DNA from: Eledone cirrhosa
Lineage: Eukaryota
Length of the DNA: 64,000 nucleotides
Assembly (NCBI GenBank): GCA_964016885.1
Contig: OZ024741.1
Coordinates: 272,862,001-272,926,000, forward strand
Direction: 5' to 3'
Position numbers and translations under genes: made by a program
Part shown: positions 25,632 to 38,221 of the stretch, in pieces
How the letters are laid out: the number at the start of each line of letters is the position of its first letter
Position numbering within the stretch: the stretch's first letter is position 1
The notes under the pieces: model-generated
What the model saw: the letters and a program-made list of their open reading frames with translations, nothing else
Told to the model about the DNA's origin: nothing
Databases searched by the model: none

Positions 25632-27712
25632 ATCATCATCATTTAATGTACATTTTCCATGCCAGTATGGGTTAGATGAGTTGTCCCATTGTGAGACAGC
25701 CAGGTCAGGAGACTTTGTTTTGCTCACACAGAACTGATTTGGGCTTGGTTTCTACAGCTGGATGCCCTTCCTAGCGTCAACCACATGTATAGTGTGCTGG
25801 GTGCTTTTTATCATGACACTTACATGACCACTTTATAGTGTGGACTGGCTGCTTTTTGACGAGACACCTACATGACCACTTTATAGTGTGGGTTGGGTGC
25901 TTACTGTGATGCATGGGAAATTGGGGAGGTAGATATAGGGGTAGGGTGATTACAACATCGGAGGTGTATGGGAGGTGTGGTGGGAGGGTAGGAGGTGCAT
26001 ACTAGATGTATACCTCAGCTCTTGCATATGAGAGAGCAAGTCTTTTGTATTACTGTGTAGCGCCAGAGATCACAGTCCTGTGTCATCACCTTTGAGAGGT
26101 GCAATTATGCAAGGTCAGCCTTTATCACCTCATCCCAAGTCTTCCTAGGTTTGCCCACTCCATAGCTTCCATCGACTTTGAGTGCTCTGTACCTTTTTAT
26201 ACAGCTGTTATCCTTCATACACATCACATGTCCATACCACTGCAATCTCCTCTCCTGCACACTGCATCTGATCCCTCTTATGCTTAATTTTTCTTGCAGT
26301 TTACTTATGCTTTGCCATTCACATATATTATTGTTGCACATCCATAAGAGGGATAAACTGTAGTGTGCAGGAGAGAAGACTATATTGGTATGGCCATGTG
26401 ATGTGCATGGAAGATGACCGCTGGGTGAAAAAGTGCCAAGAAATCCCGGTGGAAGGAAAACCACAAAAAACATGGGTGGAGTTGGTGAGAGCTGAACCCA
26501 GATCGCTGAAGCTGACAGAAGAGATGACGAGGGATCGTAATGAATGAAGAGATGCTGTGCTGAAGAGGATCCACCCCACCCTTGCAAGCAGGGAAAAGTG
26601 GACGTAAAATGACGATGATGATGATCATGATCCATCGAAGCATGGAGGCTTCATTTTATTTCAATCTTTGCAGGTCCTCTGCACACAATGCCCAGGTCTC
26701 GCTACCATTCAACATTGTTGTTCATGTACATGATCATACAGTCTACCTTTCATTTTGAGGGGAAAACCTTTTGTAGTTAGCAGCAGTAGTAACTCTCTGA
26801 ACTTTCTCCAACCTTTTCTCACTCTGGCTACTATGTTTTGGAATACCCTCTTCCACTGTTAATTTGGTTACCTAGGTAACAGAAACTATCTACTACTTCT
26901 ACAGAGCCCTCTGGGCATTTGAAGGAGATTGTATCCTGAGAGCTCTTGCTACTTATTGTCCCTGTGCACTGACCACATGCAAAACTTGCCTGAGACCCGA
27001 CTATATCTCTTATGAATCCATAGTTTGTATTTGGGACATATGATGGAATTCCTACTTACACCTTTTCTGCATACTGAGCAAGGCCATTTCCTTGAGATCT
27101 GGGTCCCGTTTTCTTTTCTACTTACTAGAATTTTAGTCTTTGCTAAGTTGATTTTAAGACCTTTTGAATCTAGACCATGCTTCCAGGTTTGGAATTTCTT
27201 CTCTAATTCAGCCATAGATTTAGTTATAAGGGTTAGGTCATCTACATACAGGAATTCCCATGGGCAGCCAATCTTAAACTACTCTGTTATAGCCTGCAGG
27301 ACGATAATAAACATGAGAAGGCTAAGAACTGAGCCCTGATGGACCCTAAATTCTTCACTAGAGTCATTAATTCTGACCTTTCTGACTGTTCCTCTATACA
27401 TAGCCTGTACTGCCCTCACGAGCCACTTGTCTACTCCTCGTTTTCTAAGAGCCCACCAGAGAATCGAACAGGGGACTATGTCAAAAGCTTTCTCTAGATC
27501 AACAAAGGTCTAGTCGAGGGGTTTGCCTTTAGCTAGGTACTTCTGCAGTTTCCTAACAAGGAAGAGCGCATCTGTGGTATTTTTACCTGGTACAAATCCA
27601 AACTGCATTTTATCTATGTTAACTCGTTTTCTGATCAACCAGCTTGATGCCTCTATAGTTTGTCTAGAGCATCTCCTTTGCCTTTGTAGCAATTGACGAT
27701 GATGCTGCTACA
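25632..27712 (-). mobile_element. Older RTE LINE copy interrupted by an opposite-strand family-A 3' fragment (~26345-26630)
   Basis: RT remnants 27510-27692 and 26949-27215; inserted + strand ERRLYWYGHVMCMEDDRWVKKC with its own (GAT)n tail. Confidence 0.85.
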
Positions 27713-28614
27713 TCTTTGAATTGTAACGTCGTCAATGTTTGATGCTACAAGAAATATATATTTTTTGTAAATAAGACAATAGAACTGTGTGGAAATGGAA
27801 GCACCAATTGAAACATAAGTTTTAAATCTCCGTTTATGAAAGTATTGAAGAAGACAAGAAAACACACTTCGATCTTCCGACGTGGAAGAGGCTCCAATCA
27901 GAAGAAACCATCACCGAATCATCATTTTTCTTACCTATTGTACAAACCTGGCTGGACACAGAACACTGCACAAACATTCTAATAGTTCTATAGAGTTATG
28001 AAATAATTGTTTCTACTTTTGGCACAAGGCCAGCAATTACCCAGTACATTACTGGTACTTTATTTTATCGACCCCGTAAGGATGAAAGGCAAAGTTAACC
28101 TCGGCGGGATTTGAAATAATAGAGTTATGAAATAATACATATGAATAAGCCATAGATGACGAACATCATTAAGTAATGTCAGTTTCATGAGGAGATAAAA
28201 CGCCTCCATCCTTTTGAAGGAAAGAAAAAAAAAAAAATGAGTATAAATCCTGGAAAACTGTAAGTCCGGTATTAAAAAAAAAAAAAATCACAAGGGATTG
28301 ACACTCCAAATTCACTATTCTCCTTTTACTTTGCTCCACTTTTCAAATTAAATGACACGACGGTTCAGTTATATTCAAATATTGTAAGCGCGTCCATTGA
28401 GAATATCGTCTATGACAAACTGCTCAGTTGCTCGCATGTGTGCGTGCTGAACTCTGGATCTTTCCGCTGGGAACAACCCCTTGTTTTCTACCCCCCCCCC
28501 TTTTTTGTGTACATCCATCCATTTACTCATTCATTTACTGCCATTCTACCTTCCTGTGTCTCCCCCTCCATTCAGCCCCTTTTCGCTCTCGTTTTCTGGC
28601 ACTTCCATATATAT

Positions 28615-31600
28615 AGGTGAACTATGCTGCCCTCTTACCAGCATTTTCCCTTCCAACCACACACACCAGCCACCCACCCCTGATGCCGCTCGGTTCCCCA
28701 GTCCCCGGCCCCACCACTCCAAATCGACACCTGCAGCACTTGCGGCACTACTAACAAACGGAAGAGGGGCCGGAACTGTTTGGGGTGCGGCTGCTTCCAC
28801 CACGTCACCTGCGTTGGCTTGACTCGTCGAGCTTCCGATGCCCTCGCAGCGTGGAGGTGCAGGAGCTGCCTCTTCCCCCTCGTCTTCCCAGCCATGGCCG
28901 TCTGGCACACCACCAGATGGGACAGCGAGCTTGCCTGATGCCCGAGCCTCGCTGGTCAACATCGCTCGGCTCAGGCGGCTCCGGAAGATCCCACTCAGGA
29001 TCCCGAGAGTGGCACGGATGCCGGTAGCCGATGCCCTCGCTTCCTCGATTGAGAGCGCCCTGGACCCAATCGAGCCAGTGACTGGGAGCGGCTGTTCTAT
29101 TTCGCCCCACTCGCCCTCGGCCTCCCCAGCTCTGGCGCTGACCGGGGTGGCCGGTCAACAGCAGCCTTCGTCAAGGCCAATGTCTCGTCATTTGGGTGAA
29201 CGCCCATTCCAAGCATGCCCAGGGACGCCACACACCCCACCCTCAGGTACCCCCTATCCTCCACCCCCGAGGCCATCGCCAAGCGTTTGCGTGACCAGGT
29301 AAACGCAAACTTATCATGGGTGATGTCTCGGCCGCAGTCAGAGTTGTTGCCTCAGAGGACACTGTCCTCCAACCCACCGAGGAGATCCTGGTTGCTCTGC
29401 GGCTCAAACACCGAGCCACCGACTGATCTCAGACCCATACCCCCACCTGACCCCCACCTGCTCCTGTGGCTACTGATGCAGATATCATGTCCGCCATCAG
29501 GTCCTTCCCAGCTAGCAGCTGCGGAGGTGTTGATGGTCTCCGACCAGGCCACCTCAAGGAGTTGACATCCCCCCTCTCTGCTGAGGCCAGGCGCCGCCTT
29601 CTGAGTGCAATTGTGGCGCTCACTAATAGGCTCATTCATGGTGCCCTCGACCCTTACGTCCGAGGCCTCTTTTTTTCAGCCAGCCTCACCGCTCTCAGGA
29701 AGAAAGAGGGTGGCATACGCCCCATTGCTGTGGGCAATGTCTTCCAGAGGCTGGCTGCCAAGGTGATCTGCAAGTTCGTCACACACGAACTGGGTGAGGT
29801 GTTTAGTCTGGTGCAACTGGGTGTTGGCGTATCCGGTGGCTGTGAGGGAGCCTCTCATGCAATCAGGCAGTTCTTTAGCAGCTGCCTATCGGTACCGGCA
29901 TCCAGGGACTCCAGGCACCTCATTTTCAAGCTTGACATGAGGAATGCCTTTAACTCTTTACGCCGGGATCATCTGCTCGAGGCCTGCCTCAGCCGAGCCC
30001 CCTCTGCCTACCTGCTGGCCTACCTGTCATATGGAGCCCCGAGCATGCTCCTAGCTGCTGATACGGTCATACCCTCGGCTACTGGGGTCCAACAGGGCGA
30101 CCCTTTGGGACCCCTCCTGTTCGCCCTTGGTATTGACCACATCGCCCAGAGTATCACGGCCCCTCCCAACGTTTGGTATCTGGATGATGCTACGTTGGGC
30201 GGGCCCGTACGGACGGTCTGCCAAGACCTTCAATCGGTGATTCCTGCCCTGGCGGGAATCGGCCTCCAGGTCAACTCGGCCAAGTCTGAGGTGGTGAATG
30301 TCAGCCTCGATGCTGTGAGCTTTGCAGCCTCCGTCTTGGACATGCGGTCCATTCTCCGCCAGGTTCAGGTGACCCCCAAAGAGGATGTCCTCATCCTCGG
30401 GTCATCGATCCACCCGCTGGCCATCCGCTCCACCATCAGGTCCAGGCTTCAACAGCTCCAGACTCTCACAAGCCGACTGGGCTTTATTGACGGCCACCCA
30501 GCTCCCTTTCTGCTGAGGAACTGCTTCGCCATGCCGAAGCTCCTCTATACACTCCGCAGCGCTCCATGCTACACCCAGACATCTCTCCTCGCTGACCTCG
30601 ATATTTGTATCCGAACAGCAGCCGAGGGGATATGCAACGTCAAGTTTGATGACATGGGGTGGCAACAGGCCACTTTACCGGTCAGGTATGGCGGCCTAGG
30701 CCTCTGATCCCCGATCTCACTAGCTTTGTTGGCATATCTTTCGTCGGTAACCTCGTGCCGCGTCCTCGTCAGCAGGGTTCTTCAAAACAAACAGAACCCT
30801 CTGTGTTCAGAGAACGTGAAGCCGCCTGTGAGACGTGGAACCGGCTGGGACTTAGCCCAGTAGACGTCCCTCCTCCTTCTTCCCCTGTTGGCGTCAAGTT
30901 CCCCCAACGCACTTGGGATGCCATCCAGTGCAGCCTGGCCTCAGACAGGCTCACGCGCCAGCTCGACTAGCACTGCCTTGCTTGTTTTCGTGCGGCCTCC
31001 AAACCCCACAGTGGTGCCTGGCTCCATGCTCTGCCCTCCTTCTCCACTGGCACGCAGCTAGACAACCATAGCCTGCAAATCGGTGTTTCCCTGAGGCTCG
31101 GCCTCCGGATCTGCTAGCCACACCAATGTCGCTGCGGTTCCACCGTGGACTCTTTCGGCCTCCACCCGCTTTCCTGTCGCCACAGTGCCGGCCGCATTCC
31201 ACGCCATACTGCCCTCAACGAGGTCATTAAGCATGGCTTGGACGCTGCAGGCTTCCCTTCCCAGCTCGAGCCGGTGGGGCTGGATCGAGGGGACGGCAAA
31301 AGGCCAGATGGCATGACCATCTTCCCGTTCCGCGGTGGCAAACCCCTCGTCTGGGATGCCACTTGAACCGATACTTTCTGCAGCCGCAACCTGGTGCAGT
31401 CTGCGACTGACCCAGGTTCTGCTGCACATCGGGCAGAGGGGGCCAAACTCCTCAAATACCGGTCGCTCTCCGACAGGTTTGCGGTTGTTCCCCTGGCAGT
31501 GGAAACTTCTGGTGTTCTCGGCCCCAGGGCTACCTCCTTACTCACCACCATAGGCGCTGAGCTGGCCAGCCGCAGGTATGAGCCCAGCGCGTCTCCCTTG

Positions 31601-31690
31601 CCGTGCTCCGGGGAAACGCCTTCTCCATTCTGTCCGCCGGGGCTGTGGGTGGGCCCCATCGCGTACCAATACATTAGTTAAATACCATTC
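28615..31690 (+). mobile_element. CRE-like non-LTR retrotransposon (PHD finger, RT, zinc knuckle, restriction-like endonuclease), pseudogenised
   Basis: C4HC3 finger from 28732; RT 29466-30707 (IRPIAVG, LDMRNAFN, GVQQGDPLGP, YLDD); CRC...HPLSC, RH, RPDG...WDAT, KY motifs; in-frame stops at 30707, 30970 and 31366. Confidence 0.85.
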
Positions 31691-32520
31691 TTTCATCGTT
31701 ACAACTTACATCCACATTAATGACGTATTATCTTTGTTGTCACTGTACATTTGTATGTCATTGGGTATGGGACCGTTTTGTATTACCTGGTTTACAATGC
31801 GGGTGACTATTGTGAGACCCATCATTCCTGATGCTTTCAGCATCTTGGCAACTATCACTGAGGGTTCAGCTGAACTGCCTGTCTTCATATCCTTGATATA
31901 CATATATAATGATATGTATATACCAAAGTTGAATCAGTCGAATATATTGAAGTGAATGCATTATCCCAGAGAATACCAAGGTAGATATGCCAAAAGAATC
32001 TCGGGTAATGGGGTTTAGAGAGAACGAGAATAAATTGCTGATGTAAGGGACATAACTGCCACTTTCCTGTAATTTAACTGAACGTAATTTAACTTGGAGT
32101 TGGGCCGCTGACAGCGAAGTTCTTGCCATCGTTGGCGGTTCGTTTAACTGAGGTGTCAGGTGATGCCCGTGAGCAAAGGCCTTGTTTCAGGGGGATACCA
32201 GGGGACAAGCACCCCCCGCCCCCCACACACTTTTTCAAACGTCTATATTTTATTTTTTGTTTATTTGATATCATAAATTCTTTTTAAGCTTATTTTTTAT
32301 AACTGAACTTCATTTGAATATATTTAATTGATTATTTATTAAAAAGAAATATGATAATACAATGCTTACAGGACGAAAGCACAATCAAATAAAATATTAA
32401 GGAAAGGGAGAAGGAAAGCAGAAAAAGACCACATACAATAAAAGGCAGGCGAAAGGGGTGGACAACCAAGCCGCTACCAGAGTAAAAGATAACAATATCG
32501 CGAAGAGCACTGGGAAACCT

Positions 32521-33235
32521 CTAACGATTTTTGAGGTAAGCCAGCACGCTCACAGCGTTACATTGGGTGATGGCGAGGCTGATGCGCTGGAACAACCAAG
32601 CGCCCTCGCGAGCTTCACCAGTTACCTCTGTTAGGCGAGCCGCCAGTGAAGATAGGAATCTCGCAGTCAGTAGCTCGACTCCTCCAAACGTCTCGAACGC
32701 CACAAGCTGGAAAATGTAGTTAGCCGACATATCACGGTATTTTAGGATTTTGTTCCGTAAGGCTGCGGAAGCTGTGGCTTTCGCCCTAACCGCAGCATCC
32801 AGGATGTGGGAAGAAGCAAAAGAGTCACTAACTGTGACGTCCCAGACAAGGCATCTGCCTCTCGGCCAAGGGCACAGAGTAAGGTCGTCAGGTCCCATCA
32901 ATTCTGGACAACGAAGATGGTTCCAGATTGATTGGATGTTTGCCCGTGCCAAAGCTCTCTTGAGAATAAGGTTTAGCTCCGCGTGACGCGCGAAGCGACC
33001 AATATTCAGGCGGGCAAGAAAGACCGAGGAGTTTGTCACATCGACATTTTAAACCCGTACACACGTCAGCTCCCACTCTAAGGGCAATGGAGACACGAAG
33101 TTCGTCCAAGCTGAGTAGGCTACCAACGTTAGTCACGGGTAGGGCATCAACCCAGTCACCAGAGTATTTGGCGTTGGCAGACAGTAAGCGGCACTTTGAA
33201 AAATGATCCGACTGGACAAAGGAGTCGAAATTACT
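32521..33235 (-). mobile_element. 3' fragment of a second CRE-like family (endonuclease region)
   Basis: WVDALP, LRVG, RHAELN, LVWDVT, KILKY, VAFETFGG; inverted related fragment at ~32095-32190 (+). Confidence 0.8.
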
Positions 33236-33807
33236 CACAATTCTTTTAGAATGAAAATATAAACATATATAACAAATACCATTAACTATTGTTAGGAACC
33301 TCCCAAATACAGCGCACCAAGATATATGACCAGAGAGAAAGAAAAGAAAAACGAAAATGGTTTTGCGGGGCAGAGCCATAACACCGCCGCGCACTAAGCC
33401 CATCCCCATGTCATTCTTCCGTGTACCTAGAGCCTTGCCTTTTCGTTTTTAAATATCTGTGTTGTTATTTTGTTTTAGTTCTTAATCGTCTTTTATTCAG
33501 TTGTATAAACATATAATATAATGCTTACAGAATGAAAACAAACATATAATATATACAAATATAAACGCATAAAAGAGATGAAAAGAACATAAAAAAGACA
33601 AAAAAAGGGGGGGGGGGGTATTCTCCACCAAGTGCAACAATCGGCAGCACATCACATTTGAAATAGATTTGTTTATGATTTTTAAAATTTTTATATACGA
33701 GATAATTTCCAATAACAGAACATATTAAAACTGCCAATGACCCAGTTTAATAAATAATGTTTTTATTTATAAAAGAACTCTATTTTCATTATTCTAAAAA
33801 AAGAGGG

Positions 33808-34455
33808 GCATTGGATTGGTAATATCGGTAGAGGGTCGGACGCCATGCTCTGCAGTATAGAGTTATGGCCCATTGCGTTCTGAATTCAAATCCCGCCGAG
33901 GTTAACTTTACCTTTCACCCTTTACGGGGTCGATAAAATAAATAAAGTCATGCACTGGGGTCGATTTAATCGGCTTTCCCCGCCCCCAAAATTGCTGGCA
34001 TTGTGCCTATATAAGAAACCATTATTATTATTGTCGTGGCGGTGATTTGGCAGTATCGGCAGAGGGTCGGACACCATGCTTTGCAGCAAAGAGTTACGGC
34101 CCTTGTTATTCTGAGTTCAAATCCCGCCGAAGTTAACTTTGCCATTCATCCTTACGGGGTCGATAAAATAAAGTACCAGTAATGCACTAGTATAATTTCT
34201 GGCCTTGTGCCAAAAGTAGAAATAATTATGTCACTACTAACAAATTTGCATTGTTTACAACAGGGTGGTGGATTGGCAGTATCGGTAGAGAGTCGGACGC
34301 CATGCTTTGCAGCAAAGAGTTACGATCTTTATGATCTGAGTTCAAATCCCGCCGAGGTTAACTTTGCCTTTCATCCTTACGGGGTCGATAAAATAAAGTA
34401 CCAGTAATACACTGAAGAAATTGCTGGCCTTGTGTCAAAAGTAGAAACAATTATT
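33808..34455 (+). mobile_element. Three tandem Meta-type SINE copies
   Basis: Units starting at ~33808, 34036 and 34262, each with GTTCAAATCCCGCCGA and GGGGTCGATAAAATAAA. Confidence 0.85.
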
Positions 34456-34525
34456 CTAAATAATAAAAAAAAAGAAAAGAAAAACGACTGTCAATTCCCC
34501 ACCTAGTGCAACAGTGTCTATATTT

Positions 34526-35191
34526 TCATTCAGTTCTTGGAAGAGTCAGTCTTTTGGTTAACGAAGTAAAACAAATAGCCTGATCATTCAATTGTCGGTT
34601 AATATCAGCTGCCAAGCGGAGGACATCAATTTTGTTTTTTTGCTCTCTATAAACAGTACATATAGCACCAATGAAGTAACTGCCAATAATATTGTAGTTT
34701 TTAGCTGATGTCTCACGTAACGCCGCCAGCATAACAAACATGTCACGACTTACAAAATCCTCAAACAAACATTTGTTTTCCATTGGATCGTTGATTTTCT
34801 TTGTTCGACAAGCTTGAATATAAATTAATTTGGGTCTATTTTTCAAACACGTATTTTTGGATAAGCAGTCGTTTATTTCTTTGTACGTTATTTTCTCGTC
34901 GTAACAATGAATCTGTCCGTGTCCACCATGCGAGGAGATGATAAGTGCAAAACATTTCGGGTCAACACCGCCAAATAGACGTGAAAGATTACTCAGAGAA
35001 TCTTTTATATAACTAGCTTTTGTGTCCTCTGGGAAGTTCATTACTTTAAATCCCAATTCTTTCTTGAAAAATTCTCCTAATTGTTTATCTTCCTCTGTGT
35101 TTATTCTTTTCTGTAGTTTTTCAAACATCATAATATTAAGAGAAATACACCATTTATCACCGATTAAATCGTAGCCTTTAGTTTCTTCCAT
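34526..35191 (-). CDS. Caspase (peptidase C14A), 221 aa, no prodomain, single coding exon
   Basis: From MEETKG: KRINTEED (RxGTxxD-like), CFALIISSHG, PKLIYIQACRT, DMFVM, GSYFIGAIC, TSLTKRL; uninterrupted ORF. Confidence 0.85.
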   Translation of the reverse strand: MEETKGYDLIGDKWCISLNIMMFEKLQKRINTEEDKQLGEFFKKELGFKVMNFPEDTKASYIKDSLSNLSRLFGGVDPKCFALIISSHGGHGQIHCYDEKITYKEINDCLSKNTCLKNRPKLIYIQACRTKKINDPMENKCLFEDFVSRDMFVMLAALRETSAKNYNIIGSYFIGAICTVYREQKNKIDVLRLAADINRQLNDQAICFTSLTKRLTLPRTE

Positions 35192-35743
35192 CTTTTTACA
35201 AACAAGGGAGACCTCTTGAAGGGTATGGTGAGCTACGCTTTCTCTTCTCCTTTGCAATATAGTCAAAATTGAAATTATGTAATCTCGAATAAGAAATAAA
35301 ATTGTTTCACAATTGTTGAACACATAATATATAGAAAGTGTTAAAAAGTTTCCATTTACCACACTGCACTTTCAACTCGAGGTAGCCAACTTCAGAATTC
35401 TTGGAGAGATAGAAAATTAAGTTGTGCTCGTTTGAAAAGGTTTAATTTGTCGTGATTGTAATATTAAATGTTCGAAGTTATCGTTATTACGCACAGTTTT
35501 ACTCCCGGATATAAAAAAACCCAACAAAGCTAGATCATAATTCCGTCTCTAAATCACGTAATTATCAACAAGTGGAGGTGGAAGGTTGGTAGATATTATA
35601 TATAAATATAGTAAAATAAAAAATATATATTTATTTATACATAGTATATATCATATTATGGCACTACATGCTATGGCCCTTTTAAGGGCCACCTATATTT
35701 TCATTTAAGTAACTCCACTTACATCGATATGCTTTATTAAAAT

Positions 35744-35935
35744 AACTGTTTCTACTTTAGGCACAAGGCCAGCAATTATCCAGTGCATTACTGGTACTTT
35801 ATTTTATCGACCCCGTAAGGATGAAAGGCAAAGTCAACCTCGGCGGGATTTGAACTCAGATCGTAAAGGGACGTAACTATGCTGGAAATCATGGCGTCCG
35901 ACCCTCTACCGATACTGCCAATCCAACGCGTGGTA
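35744..35935 (-). mobile_element. Meta-type SINE (further copies at 28004-28116, 36030-36117, 36507-36670, 37258-37365, 45083-45190, 62993-63125)
   Basis: Same consensus as 1081-1292. Confidence 0.85.
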
Positions 35936-36122
35936 ATACGGAAATAAACGATGTTTACGATTGATAAGGTTGACGAAACTTTCATTTCTGGCAGCTAATA
36001 GCATGATAGTGCCCATATTATTTATTAGGTTTTTCATCCTTACGGGGTCGATAAAATAAAGTACCAGTAATGCACTGGGTAATTGCTGGCCTTGTGCCTA
36101 AAGTAGAAACAATTATTTATTA

Positions 36123-36471
36123 GGTTATCTTGTAGTTGCCCGCGTTAAATTATTATTTTTTTCTTCTTTTTAATGTAATTAAGTAAGAAAGTTATTAAAT
36201 TTTAAATTATTTTTTTATTTTTTTATTAAAAAAAAATTAAAATTTTAAGAAAAGGAGAATTTGTGGGGTCCGTGGGTCCACAAAGTTGTAACGATGGTTT
36301 ACAGCTGCATGTTGCAGGAGGGTATTGTATGACTACCAGCCATCGGTTACAATCGGTAAAAATTAAATAATTTAAAATTTAATTAATAACTTTCTTGCTT
36401 AATTACATTAAAAAAAAACAAAAAAATAATTTTAAAAAAAATAATTTAACGCGGGCAACTACAAGATAACC
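36123..36471. mobile_element. MITE with ~100-bp TIRs
   Basis: GGTTATCTTGTAGTTGCCCGCGTTAAATTA / TAATTTAACGCGGGCAACTACAAGATAACC. Confidence 0.8.
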
Positions 36472-36680
36472 ATTTATTATATATATCGGTAGTATTTATT
36501 ATATATATTGGCAGTATCGGTAGAGAGTCGGACGCCATGCTTTGCAGCATAGTTACGCCCCTTTACGATCTGAGTTCAAATCCCGCCGAGGTTAACTTTG
36601 GGGTCGATAAAATAAAGTACCAGTAATGTACTGGGTAATTGCTGGCCTTGTGCCAAAAGTAGAAACAATTATATATATAA

Positions 36681-37862
36681 ACTAGCAGAGGTACCCGGCG
36701 TTGCTCGGGTATTAAATAGCAGTTATGTATACCATTTATGTCAATACTTCAGTGCTGCTTCGAAAACTATACTTTTATAAACTCATCGACTTTTTCCAAA
36801 AGGGAGTTCCTGCCCTCAGGGGTCCCCTACTCAATATGTGCCAATTCTGAGAGTTCACATTCATCTGTAGAACAAACGTATCCCATGTGTCAAGTTTTGT
36901 GAAAATCGGTTGCGAACTCCAGAAGTTATGACGTTTTTTTTGCATTGCACTGCAGTGCTTCAGTCGACTCCAAGGAAGTGGTTAAAGGGCGTTATCCGCC
37001 GGGAGGCCCTATAATCAATATCTGGAAAAATGAAAGTGTCCATGACCATCCGGAGTACATGAGTAACCTATGTCTTAAGTTTGGTGAAAATACTGTAGAA
37101 ATGCATAAGGTTTACACACACGCGCGCACGCGCACGTGTGTGTGTGTGTATGTATTTGTGTGTGCGTATGTATAAGTATGTGTATGTTCGTCGGTGCATA
37201 CGTATGTACTGGCCTAAATCTTCACTATTTATTTTTACTATGTTAAGACAAAGTTAAAATCCCGTCGAGGTTAACTTTGCCTTTCATCCTTACGGGGTCG
37301 ATAAAATAAAGTACCAGTAATATACTGTTTAATTGCTGGCCTTGTGCCAAAAGTAGAAACAACTATTTTAATAACCTGTCATTTTCGTTTACAATTTTAT
37401 TTACATCATTCTTAAACTCCGGGGCTGGAAATCATTCGGTTATTTTAAATAGAATATTAGGCTAACGACTCCATTTACACCATAAACTTGGTCTTCTCTT
37501 TGCATGAAATTGTTCTTCTCGGTCCACCGCGTCGTTTATACGTAACATAAATAGATAAGCAAATGACGCCATAAAAGGGAAATAACTCGTCTCTCATCTC
37601 TATTTATACATTTGAACTGAAAAATCAATACATTACAAATTCGATTTTTACACTTGGCGTGGGTCGATTTGAAAATTTATTTGACCGATGGTTCCGCCGG
37701 ACCTTCATCTATAAGTGTAGCAATTTCACCGAAATTTGAACGTACGGTTTAAGAGGAGATGTGTGCCGAAGGTTTTAGTAGACAGACAGACAACCTCAGT
37801 TTTATATATATAGACGAAGGTTTTAGTAGACAGACAGACAACCTCAGTTTTATATATATAGA
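36681..37862 (+). mobile_element. Helentron/HINE-like element(s) with duplicated 3' end and a nested SINE
   Basis: ACTAGCAG..ACCCGGCGTTGCTCGGG start; (AGAC)n...TTTTATATATATAGA end present twice (37767-37862). Confidence 0.55.
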
Positions 37863-38053
37863 TTAACAATTTTATTTACTATATATTATTTACAATTTGC
37901 ATGTAGGCAGGTCTCTATGGAAATAGGGGGGGGGGAGAGGCATCCAGAGTATTAGGCAGCTGTGAGGGGGGCGGTGGACCAAAAAGTTTGAGAACCTCTG
38001 CTTTAAAATGTTTTTTAAAATTTTTTTTTTTTTTTTCTAAAACGAATAGCTTA

Positions 38054-38221
38054 CCGTGTTTCCTGACATCTAAGGCGCTACTTTTTTCCTAAATAAGTCT
38101 CAAAAATCTACCATGCGTCCTGGAGGCCGAAGGTTGTTTATTACTTTTTTCTCAAATTTTTGGTTGTCAAAATTAGGGTGCGTCCTCGATGACGGAGCGT
38201 CTTCGGCACTGGGAAATACGG
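38054..38221. mobile_element. Tc1/mariner-pogo-type MITE
   Basis: TA|CCGTGTTTCC ... GGAAATACGG|TA (TIR plus TA duplication). Confidence 0.75.

Noticed and set aside
35192-35362. 57-aa N-terminal extension of the caspase ORF in the track
   Set aside because: Starts at a non-ATG codon, overlaps a probable intron and UTR, and resembles no prodomain
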